From a virus (taxonomy: Duplodnaviria > Caudoviricetes): a DNA stretch of 64,000 nucleotides. The stretch covers positions 352,001 through 416,000 of IMG/VR virus record IMGVR_UViG_3300037247_001786, one strand, 5' to 3'. The notes beneath the pieces were generated by a model. The model did not search any database and had not been told where the DNA came from. It saw nothing but the letters and a program-made list of their open reading frames with translations. Both the position numbers and the translations under genes were made by a program. Every line of letters starts with the position of its first letter. Position 1 is the stretch's first letter. Below are positions 49,101 to 59,105 of the stretch, one piece after another.

Positions 49101-49192
49101 TTTTTGACGATAATACAGATAGGTATGTTGACTTGTATAGTGTTGATTTTAATGATATAAGAGTTTATCAGAAAGTAGATTGGTTAATATGA
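46129..49192 (+). other. Box-headed units of hypothetical CDSs
   Basis: ORFs ending 46728, 47193, 47547, 47816, 48195, 48925 and 49192. Confidence 0.7.
47513..48206 (+). repeat. 35-bp direct repeat flanking a two-gene segment
   Basis: AAGAAAGACTCTTACGAGATATAAAATGGTGGTAA at 47513-47547 and 48172-48206. Confidence 0.85.
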
Positions 49193-49680
49193 AAAAAGGT
49201 ACACTAACAACAGTATTTGGCAATGTAACTAAACCTCAATTTAGCAATATGAGCGAAGTCGCTATTATCCCTCATTGTTGCAACACTCTCGGAGTTATGG
49301 GGGCTGGCGTTGCACTCGCACTCAAAAACAAATGGCCCGAAGTATATGAAACATATAAAAGACATCTTATGGGTCTCGGAAATGCTTCTTTTGTCGTTAC
49401 AGAAGAACTTGACGAAAATGTAAGAGTTATGGTTGCCAATATGATAGGTCAAGATGGCACCGTCTCTGCTGACAATCCTAAACCTGTCAAGTATTGGGCT
49501 TTAGCCTCTGCAATGAAAATAGTCTTGGCAGAGTGTCAAGCATTCCCTAATTCGGTTATACATACTCCTAAATTCGGTTCGGATTTGGCTGGAGGGGACT
49601 GGAATTTCATCTTGGAATTGATAAGAGAAATCTGGCTCGAAAATGGTATTGATGTTATTGTCTATGAATTTAGAGGGTAA
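49188..49680 (+). CDS. Macrodomain protein (ADP-ribose binding/hydrolase)
   Basis: IPHCCNTLGVMGAGVALALKNKWP, VANMIGQ, TPKFGSDLAGGDWNFI. Confidence 0.9.
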
Positions 49681-50933
49681 TTATGGTACCGTTAATCGAA
49701 TTATGTACATGGCAAGGTTGTCAAGGCTGGCAAGGCGTTACTTGTTCTTGCGGAGCTACTCATAATATTATGGTTAATAACCCCTGTTTTCATTGCGAAA
49801 GATGTGGGGGGTTTAATACTCTTTCTTGGTCTCATCACCAATTCTGTCACCGCAAACCAGATTATGGATGGAACAGGTCTGTTATAGGTTGGGCTATGAG
49901 AAATTACTCTTGGTATAGAGACTCTTTTAAAGAGACATCTATAATGTTAGAGAAGCTGAATAAGAGACTTGCATCATAATTTGCCAGAGTGACAAAAATT
50001 TAATCTTATGTGAGTGTTGATAATACTTATATTGAGGAACAAAAATGAAAGAATTTCATAAAATTACAATAGGTTTTGTAGTACAAAAGTATACAACACT
50101 TGATAATGATACAATGATATGCACCGAACAAACTTTTGTAGCTGGCGATCAAGTTACCTATGAGGATTTAGAGGGTAAAGTTATTGAAGTTGACCCCAAT
50201 AAAGAGGTTTGTTGTCCTTTCGGAATGCGAACACCGAGACCTATACCTAACACCGAGTTTGAACGATGGTATGCCTCTATGAAAAGAGATAGTGGACTTC
50301 ATCTACATTTTAGGGATGTTCTTGATATGAATCCCGACTATGAACTGACTTTCAGAGAATGGGCTAAAAAGTATTATAAAGAGGCAGTTGATATTTAATT
50401 ATCGCGGAAAAATATAATGGCTAAAAAGAAGATAAATAAATGTAGACACTTTAATGATGATGGTAAAGAGATTACTACTCCCTGCGAACATAAAGACGAT
50501 GATGGTTGCTGCGGCTTGCCTAGTTCAGAGGGATGGATGGTTAAATGTCCTGGCAATGAAAATTATACGAGATAACTATGAAAGTAGATATAGAAATTAC
50601 AAAAGATTGCTATCTCATTCTCTGTTTAGGTATGGGTAATGTAGATATACTTCCTGATTTAAATAAAAAGGGTAAAATCTATAAAGATGTTGAGTATGAT
50701 GAGAGTATTAAAAAAATAACATCTTTAGACCTTAAAAAAGAATTAGAGAAACATGGAGTAGGAATAGCTTTTATGGCTGATACCAATTATGAATATGAGA
50801 GTATAATTTTACAATGCCCTCAAAGTGCATTAGTTCCTGTTGGATGTTTCAAGATAATATAATTTGCCAGAGTGTTAAAAAATAACTCTTATATAGGTAG
50901 TTAGTTAATAATTACTTATATAGGAGTTTTCTT

Positions 50934-51698
50934 ATGGGCTGGATGTTCACATTTGATCATACAAGTCGATCACGTTGTATCGACGATAGGATTAAGGATT
51001 GGGATACAAGACCTTTTCTAAAAGAAGAAGATAAGGTATATCATCTATCTACCTGTTTAAAGCAATGTTATAGGGGCAATGCCTATTCTGGTGTACTTTG
51101 GAGTGTTCGAGAGACAAAGGAATATGACAGGTATACCGACCAGTTGGTACGTTCTGAATTGTGGATAGCTTGTGACCTGTTAAGATATGATAATAAGGAC
51201 AAATGTTGGGGATATAAGGATATGTCGGAGAGTGTTGGTCCGAATAGTTATTCTTGTCCTCTTTCTTATCTTGACATGGTACCTATCCCCAAAAGCGAAT
51301 ATGCCGCTGGATGGAGAGAAGAAGTAAAAAAGTACCACGCAAGTAGAATACCCTCTTTTAAGGTTAAAAAAGATAGTTTTGTACTTTTAAAAGAAAACTA
51401 TGGGATTAGAATTTTTAAAATAACCTCATTAAGACCTTTAAAGGGGATAGTTGGTAGTAAAAGAGAATATAGTATCCCTAGAAAGTCTCTTCTTCGCGAA
51501 ATAACAAAAGAGGAAATAGATCAAGCGAAGAAAGAATATCAAGAACACCAAGACGGTGGAGAGTGGGGCGAGTGTGCGGAACAAGGAAGTAGAAGTAAGA
51601 ATAAAGAGGATGCAATTCTTTATTATAATGATTTCTTATTTGCCAGAGTGAAGAAAAATATAACTTATACGAGTGTTGATAATACTGATAATTCATAA
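50934..51698 (+). CDS. DUF6927-like protein
   Basis: MGW start, WGYKDMSESVGP...CPLSYLD...WREEV. Confidence 0.65.
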   Translation: MGWMFTFDHTSRSRCIDDRIKDWDTRPFLKEEDKVYHLSTCLKQCYRGNAYSGVLWSVRETKEYDRYTDQLVRSELWIACDLLRYDNKDKCWGYKDMSESVGPNSYSCPLSYLDMVPIPKSEYAAGWREEVKKYHASRIPSFKVKKDSFVLLKENYGIRIFKITSLRPLKGIVGSKREYSIPRKSLLREITKEEIDQAKKEYQEHQDGGEWGECAEQGSRSKNKEDAILYYNDFLFARVKKNITYTSVDNTDNS

Positions 51699-53022
51699 AG
51701 GATAAAATTATGGGTGCAAATTTTGATTATCAAGTACTAAAAGACCAGAAACTCGAATTGACAGATGAAGAAATCGAGAAACATGCAGAAGAACTGTTTG
51801 AGCATTCTGCTTATCTTTATGGGCACGCTGGATATTCTGGTACGTTAGCTGAAAAGACTGGTGAAGGGGTTACTATCCATAGAGATAAGACTTTTGAAAC
51901 GGATGAGGAAGCGAGTAAATATGTTCTTGATACTCTTGATAACGACAAATGGGGTCCAGCGGATGTAGTCCCTATTGAGGGTAGAGGTTGGTTTATTGGT
52001 GGATGGTGTTCATCTTAATTCTTATTGGAGATATATTATGATGGCTATGGCTTTTATAAAATTTATGTTTGTAGTATTCTTGTTAGTAGGTTTCCTATCA
52101 CTGATACTCTCTATATTGGAGTATTTTGGAGAACATATTACTCCTTTCCATAAGAAATATACTTTTGGAGCATGTGCGGTATCATGGCTTATGGTTATTT
52201 CTCTTGCATTGGCATCAGGGGCATAACTTGCCAGAGTGGTAAAAAAACAGTCTTATAGAAGTGTTAATAATAACACTGAATAGGAGTATAAAATGGGAAA
52301 AGTAAAACCTACAAAAGAAGTAAAATGTCGTTGCGGTAAAAACTCTATTGTCGAGTTAATTCCAGCAGAAGGATATGTAAGGGTCACTCCTTTCATGTGC
52401 GATTGCGGTAGAACATTCCTTATCAGCGATTACGTTAATGCCATGACTACATATGGAGAGGTAGAACATAAACAATATGATGAATTTCTTGAAATGCAAA
52501 AAAAAGATGCGACAAGGAAAAAAGTAAGAGATACATCGGATGAAGGACGTAGAAAATATCAATTAGTAGACAAGTGGTTAAATAGCCTATCAATAGATGC
52601 TATAAGTAGAATTGAGGCTCAAAGAGTCTTTACCCAAACTATTGATAAAGAGTTTGTTATCGAAACTATTCTTGAACATTGTCGATATGAAGATGATTTA
52701 TTGGAGAGATTATATGGACAATATCTGGCATGTAATGCTATCTCTATGATGACTACGGATAAAAGAGAGTGGTTTATACTAAAAATGGTAGGTTGCGTAG
52801 AACCAGTATTAGTAGGTCCAATTTCTACAGAAATAGAAATGAAAGAGCGTTTGGAGAAGTATGCAGATGACCCTAAAGAGAGTCAGAACTCTCATACTTA
52901 TTTTTCCGCAAAAAAAGATGCAGATATAAGATTTTAGTATTTGCCAGAGTGGTAAAAAAATAGTCTTATAGAGTTGTAAAGTTAATGTTATAAATTCGAT
53001 TGGAGAAACAAATGGACGGTTT

Positions 53023-53812
53023 AATGATTGACACAAAAGACAGCGGTATCGTAACAATAGAAAGAGCATTTTCTATTCCTGTTCCCGAAGAAACAAAGAC
53101 GTACAAGCCTGTCGGTAATGAGGCTCTTTGGAAAATGCTCCAGAGAACTGCCAATGTAAGAGGGCTGGAGTTAGGTACTCCTGAAATGGGACTCGCTCAA
53201 AAGGGACAGCGACTTTTTGGTCAAGTCGAGATTGTCAATCAAGACCATCTTGATAACGAAGTTCGTTTGATGCTTGGTTTCCGTAACAGCTATAACCGAT
53301 CGATGTCAGTCGGAATCTGTTTCGGAAGTAAAGTTTTTGTATGTTCTAATATGTGTTTTACGGGATATACTTCTGAAGATGAGGATGCGGTAGGTCAAGT
53401 TCATCATCGTCATCAAGCAAATGTATGGGAAGGGCTGCAAGAACGACTTAATGAGGCTTTGGATAAGTTCGAGGTATTCAAGAGCTATCAGAACGACTTT
53501 TACAGTAAGCTGAAAGAAAACGAGTTAACGGATGCGGAAGCCCATGATTTGATTATCAATTCAGTTCGGCATGAAGCAATTACGGCTAAAGATTGTTTCA
53601 CAGTTGCCGAAGAATGGGCGTTCCAGAATAGAGGCCCGCAAGATGATAGCGAAGAAGATAGATGGCATAAAGAATTCCTGCCCAGAAACGCTTGGAGCCT
53701 CTTCAATGCTTATACCGAGATACATAAGGGATTTCAGATAAAGAACCCCCTTGAAGCGAATTTGAGGTCTATCAAGATGAATAAGTTCTTTCATAACCAG
53801 TTTATGAGTTAA
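53023..53812 (+). CDS. DUF932-like protein
   Basis: LMLGFRNSYNRSMS...GSKVFVCSN...HRH...NAWSLFNAYTE; start taken at the first ATG. Confidence 0.75.
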
Positions 53813-53816
53813 GACA

Positions 53817-53853
53817 AAGAAGGGGAAGGACATCGAAAGTTCTTCCCCTTTTT
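53817..53853 (+). terminator. Rho-independent terminator
   Basis: AAAGAAGGGGAAGGAC-ATCGAAA-GTTCTTCCCCTTTTT. Confidence 0.8.
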
Positions 53854-53889
53854 GCCAGAGTGGTAAAAATTTAATCTTATAGTAGTATG

Positions 53890-54007
53890 ATGAGGCAGTC
53901 GGCGGAAAGAGAGTTGCCGTCAGAGCAAAGTTGCGGTCGAACCTACTCAAATATCGTAAAGTGCCTTGCAAGGAAACATGATATTCTTTGCCTGCCTCGT
54001 TTTTTTT
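53890..54007 (+). ncRNA. Box-driven structured small RNA
   Basis: ATGAGGCAG/CTGCCTCGT closing stem followed by T8; internal CGGCGG/TTGCCG and AATATC/GATATT helices; no ORF. Confidence 0.6.
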
Positions 54008-54116
54008 GTAATAGTATTTTGCCAGAGTGGTAAAAATTTAATCTTATAGTATTGTAGGATGTTCGAGAATTAACGCATTCGTGGTGAAAGCCCATTTGAA
54101 TATCCTGCATATTTTT

Positions 54117-54280
54117 GAAGTAATGAGGTAGTGGCGGTAAATGGTCAAGCTAGCCAATGTCCGATTGCATACGATTTACGCATTATGCCTCCTCATTTTT
54201 TTTGAAGTAATGAAGTAGTGGCGGTAAGCGACGAACTGCTATCCGATTGCATACGACTCTATGCCTACTTCATTATTTTT
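54117..54280 (+). ncRNA. Two tandem homologous structured small RNAs
   Basis: Shared GTAGTGGCGGTAA, TCCGATTGCATACGA and TATGCCT blocks; compensatory G:C to A:T change in the closing stem; each followed by a T run. Confidence 0.7.
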
Positions 54281-54687
54281 TACACTGAAAAAAGATATTG
54301 TATAACCAGTATGTAATTTATTATCGGACGTTAAAATAGCATAAGCTGTTTTCGTATATATTGTTAAGTTGGAGTAGTATTATGTGTAAGTTAGAATTTT
54401 TGGACAAGCATTTAGTATCACTGATAACGATTGTTATCTTGGCAGCAGTACTATTTGCGACAAGTGGTTGTGGGGTAGTCGATGGGGCTTTGCAAGATAT
54501 AGCTGGGACAGCTACTGCTTTAAGAGAAATCTCTAAGCCATTAGAAGAGAGAGCAAGAGCTAAAGATGCAGAAAGAAATGCAAAGTGGCTTACTATCTGG
54601 ACTATGCAACAGGAAGATTATAAAGAGATAGGGCATGAACCTAAAAAATTGCCTAAATTTCTTAAATTTGGTAAGAAATAGACATTA

Positions 54688-54738
54688 ACAAAAGAGGGTA
54701 GTCATATTCTTTTGAGTATTACTATCCTCTTTGTTTTT
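54688..54738 (+). terminator. Long hairpin/terminator
   Basis: ACAAAAGAGGGTAGT...ACTATCCTCTTTGT followed by T run. Confidence 0.65.
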
Positions 54739-55405
54739 AATATTAAATTAATTTTAGGAGATTTATAATGTTTAGTTCCATAGATGGTGGTTTTCAAATA
54801 GTTTTAGAAGGTTTATTTACAATGGATTTCTCTTGGTTTTTTATGTTCTGCTTAATAGCGGTACTTAATGTAATTAAAGTCCCAATAATGATAATAAAGA
54901 AGTTGAAAAAATAAGGGGTATACGATGGAGATTTACTTTTATTTTCCCTTAACAGTTTTATTTTTTATGAATGTCGTGAAGAAAATTTTCTAATTGCCAG
55001 AGTGGTAAAAAAATAGGTTTATAGTAATATGAAAATGATTAAAAAATGGCTTATACCTATTATTATAACATTGTTAATCGCTCTGTTTGCAGTTTGTTGT
55101 GCAAAAAAACAAGTGGAAAAAACAGTGCAACAAGATAGAATCTTAATGGAGAAATAAAATGATTTGCCCATATTGTATAAAAGAAATTAGTATGTTCGCG
55201 ACAAAATGTCCTTATTGTCACAGTGCAGTTCAGTATGATGCTGGCTCCGAGCTTAAAGATTGTTTTAAGGCACTTGTTATTATGGTAATAGTAGGTATAA
55301 TTTTATGGGCGATATTGTCGGCGGTATAAGTTGCCAGAGTGGTAAAAAAATAGTCTTATAGTATTATAAAGTTAATATCTTGAATTTTGATTAGGAGCTG
55401 AAAAA

Positions 55406-56140
55406 ATGAGAAAAATAATGAGCGATGATAACACTGTTTGGGATGAACGGAAAACAGATTTTACTGAACCATTGAGGAAAAAATCGGATGGTAAGCGATC
55501 AGCAGTTGCGGGGATTATTGTCCTATTAGGGATTATCTTGATATTTGGTATATGCTTTGTAGTGTCACGGATTACGACGGTTCAAGATGATCAATGGGCT
55601 GTTCGGCAACATATGAATGGGGATATAGAGGTTATAGAAGGTCCAGGAGTTTATCTTCCCTTGTTTAGCAAAATATGGATATATCCTCTTAAAATAACAG
55701 TTGAATATAAAACAACCGCTTATTTTAACGATACTGAGGCAAGAGAGGTGAAAACGCTCTGCCGAGTAGAATTACCCGAAGATAATACTGATAGAGTATC
55801 TCTTCATAAAGGACTTTCAGGAGACATATTTAATGTATATCCAATAGTTAGGGCTGCTGTTGGCAATTCGATTAAATCAATTGCCCCTATTATGAGTACA
55901 AATGAGATTGTCTATCACCGCAGAGCGGAATTTTGCGAATTAGTATATCGTCAATTAAAAGAAGGTCTTTTTCTCCAACATAGTTCTAGTAAAATCATTG
56001 ACGGTAAAAACGTCCTTATGTCTACAATCCAAAAGGATGAAAACGGAGACTATATCCCTATGAGCGACGCTATATTAGAGAGAATGGGATTGAATGTATC
56101 GCTTTTTAGCATCACCTCAATAGGCGATTTGCCAGAGTGA
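55406..56140 (+). CDS. Second SPFH-domain protein, lacking the coiled coil
   Basis: Aligns by eye with 37298-38680 (WAVRQHMNGDIEVIEGPGVY vs WQIKQSIGGKVTIQDKPGYY; RRAEF..LV..Q..EGL); ends in box-encoded LPE-stop. Confidence 0.7.
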   Translation: MRKIMSDDNTVWDERKTDFTEPLRKKSDGKRSAVAGIIVLLGIILIFGICFVVSRITTVQDDQWAVRQHMNGDIEVIEGPGVYLPLFSKIWIYPLKITVEYKTTAYFNDTEAREVKTLCRVELPEDNTDRVSLHKGLSGDIFNVYPIVRAAVGNSIKSIAPIMSTNEIVYHRRAEFCELVYRQLKEGLFLQHSSSKIIDGKNVLMSTIQKDENGDYIPMSDAILERMGLNVSLFSITSIGDLPE

Positions 56141-58284
56141 CAAAAAAATAGTCTTATAGTATTATGAAGCCGAAAAAAGAAAAACATATTACTTCGAGAG
56201 TTAGGAAAGAGAACAAGACAGATAGAGGCGATCTACATACAAAGGTCATACCTGATAAAAAGAAAAAAGTGAATAAAGAAAAATGTCGAGGAAAGATAGA
56301 AGAAAATGAATGAAAAACTTTTCCCATTCCAGGTGAGCGAACCCCGCAAAATGACTATATTAGAACAAGTTTTTTGTATGGTTTATCTTGCGACCAGTAA
56401 AACTCTAAAAGAATTGAGACGATACCAGTCTTTAGTTGAAAAACAATTTATTTTAGCTACTCAAAATAATTGTGGGGAAAAATCATTCAAAAATTTAGAG
56501 GCGATGCAACACTGTTATGATGCTGCCGTAGCTTATCAACAATTCGATGATGATTTCTGGTTAGCTTTTATAGATACATCTGATAGAACCTAAAATGGTT
56601 TGGATTATTTGCCAGAGTAGTAAAAATTTAATTTTATAGAAGTGTTAATAATACTTTTAAGGAAAAGAAAATGATTGAAGTTACTACTAATGAACCGATG
56701 GTTATAGAAGTAAGACATATAATGCACAAACATTTCGAGATTGAAGTTAAAATTGACAATCAGCCTCATGATCTCAGCATTTCGATTATATCGGAAGAAG
56801 ATGAAGAAGGGGAAGATACGGAGTTGGTTCGTATCAGAGTTGACGATAGGACTTTCACCGTTGGAGAAAAAGAAGATGTTGCAGAGAAACTTAACGGACA
56901 TCTTGGAGTCTGGTTCGATAGTAAATATCCTTTGTATCAGGTAGAAAAAACTAAAGAAACTCTTGACGATGTTTTTGATACTATTTGGGAATATCTCGAA
57001 GAAAAAGACCTATGCTAATTTGCCAGAGTGAAGAAAAACTAAGGTTATATCATTATGAAACATGCAAACATAGACAATAGACTAATGAGTAATGGGGCGG
57101 TAGCGTTCAAAGAGGGATTAGGTTGGTTCGGACTGCACCACATAGGAGACCCTACTCCGTCAATATTGGGGGCACAGGTATGGAGACATCTACAAGAAGA
57201 TATACATTATCTGAAAAGTATCAGAAAGAGGTTACTCGCTTATAAATCTTGGGATGAATATATTAACGATGGACTTTGTCCCTATTGCGGTAAATATGAT
57301 AAGGGGATGCCGGTCGCAATTCATCCCGAATTATATAGCAAGACAAACCAGATAGGGCTATATCTACCTGACCCAGAAGCAACAGACTCAAAGACAACGC
57401 TCGCTACTGACCCAGAAGCGAAACAGCATAAACATATTAAACACAGGAATCTTATATCTGCTGATAATGCTAAAGAAGATGGAGTTTTCATAGAATGGGT
57501 ATATGTTATAGACCCTTTAAGTTATGAATTAAATATACTGAAATCTGTTAGAGGAGAAGGCACCCACGTTCAATCTGTATTCGGAGGAATGAAACTATAT
57601 AACTATCAATATATTTCAGTAAGAAAATGTGAACTTCTTCGGAAAGAACAATCTTGGGAGCCTGATTGGGAAGAAATAGAAGAAAAAGGTAAAAAATTGG
57701 CGACAGGATTTTACCATAAATATACGAGGCAGGCAAAATGAAAGGCAAAACATATAATAGTATAATATTGGGTATTGGAATAACAACTGTGATTTTCGCT
57801 CTTCTAACTATCCTTAATCATTTTTTTCTTATACCTGCTGTTGTAGGACTATTATGTATGTTGGGTTTCGGTTTTACGTTTCAATATGATATAGATGATG
57901 AAGACTATCTTTAAGGAGAATTAAAATAATGTTTATTGAGATAATAAGAGAAGCAAAAGATAGGCTATATAGTAATTATTGGAGATTTATGATATCCACA
58001 GATACTCCAAAAATAAAAGTAACTTTATGGGAATTTCGTAAAAGAAGTAGAAGAACTACTAGATGCCAGTGGGTATCAGAACATACTTACACTTCGTTAG
58101 ATAGGAGACATAATAACCTCAAAAAGGGAGATTTTATAATTCCAGAAGATGTGGATAAAGAATTGAAAGAGAAGTTAAATAAGATGGTATCAGAGATTGA
58201 AGTAGAAATAAGATAATTTGCCAGAGTGGGTAAAAATCTAATTTATAGTATTGTAAAGAATAATATAATACTGGAGTTAAAACG

Positions 58285-58980
58285 ATGTATAGAGAAGGCC
58301 AGAAAATAATTACTAAAAGTAACGAACACGATGAAAACTATCGAGTTGGTATTTTCGTTGCATATAATGACGCACTGAAAAGTCCTGATAATATTCCTAT
58401 GATAGAAATAGAGGGTATCACTTATACTTGTTTCGGTATAACTATGCCTTTCACAACCAGTCTTACTGCAAGACTCGATAAACTTACTCCAAAACATCAA
58501 TGGGAATTTCTTTGTGCTATTAAGAGTTGGGATAGCGGCAATCAGTTTATCATTATGAGAGGGTTGCCGGGAAGTGGAAAATCCACTCTTGCCAGAAAGT
58601 TAGCTGGTCTAACTGGTCAAGTTTTTAGTACAGATGATTTCTTTTCTATGACGGGAGAGTATATCTTTAATCCTACACGACTTGGCAAGGCTCATAAATG
58701 GAATCAGAATAGGTCAAAGGCTGCTTTCTCTGCTAATATACCTATTATTGTAATTGATAACACTAACACTACGATTAGCGAAATGAGAAATTATCTGCCT
58801 CATATCGAATTGGCTCGACTTTATGGTTATCAAGTTTTTATTGCAGAACCAGATACAGATTGGCGTTTTAACGTCGATGAATTGGTACTTAAAAATTCTC
58901 ATGGCGTACCTAAAGAAGCAATACAAAGGATGGCTGATAGGTATGCTCACGATGTTAGGTTGGAAGATATTTTGTTTTAA
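58285..58980 (+). CDS. P-loop kinase (AAA_33 / N4BP2-like polynucleotide kinase family) with N-terminal extension
   Basis: IIMRGLPGSGKSTLAR, STDDFF, IVIDNTN, HGVP...IQRM. Confidence 0.85.
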   Translation: MYREGQKIITKSNEHDENYRVGIFVAYNDALKSPDNIPMIEIEGITYTCFGITMPFTTSLTARLDKLTPKHQWEFLCAIKSWDSGNQFIIMRGLPGSGKSTLARKLAGLTGQVFSTDDFFSMTGEYIFNPTRLGKAHKWNQNRSKAAFSANIPIIVIDNTNTTISEMRNYLPHIELARLYGYQVFIAEPDTDWRFNVDELVLKNSHGVPKEAIQRMADRYAHDVRLEDILF

Positions 58981-59005
58981 GGTTTTCATTTTTAACTCCT
59001 CTAGG

Positions 59006-59040
59006 AAAGCTCTTGCGGACTCAACGCAAGGGCTTTTTAT
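59006..59040 (+). terminator. Rho-independent terminator
   Basis: AAAGCTCTTGCG-GACTCAA-CGCAAGGGCTTT followed by T run, abutting a box. Confidence 0.75.
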
Positions 59041-59105
59041 TTGCCAGAGTAGTAAAAAATTAGTATTATAGAAGTGTTAATACTAACACTGAATAGGAGT
59101 ATATA

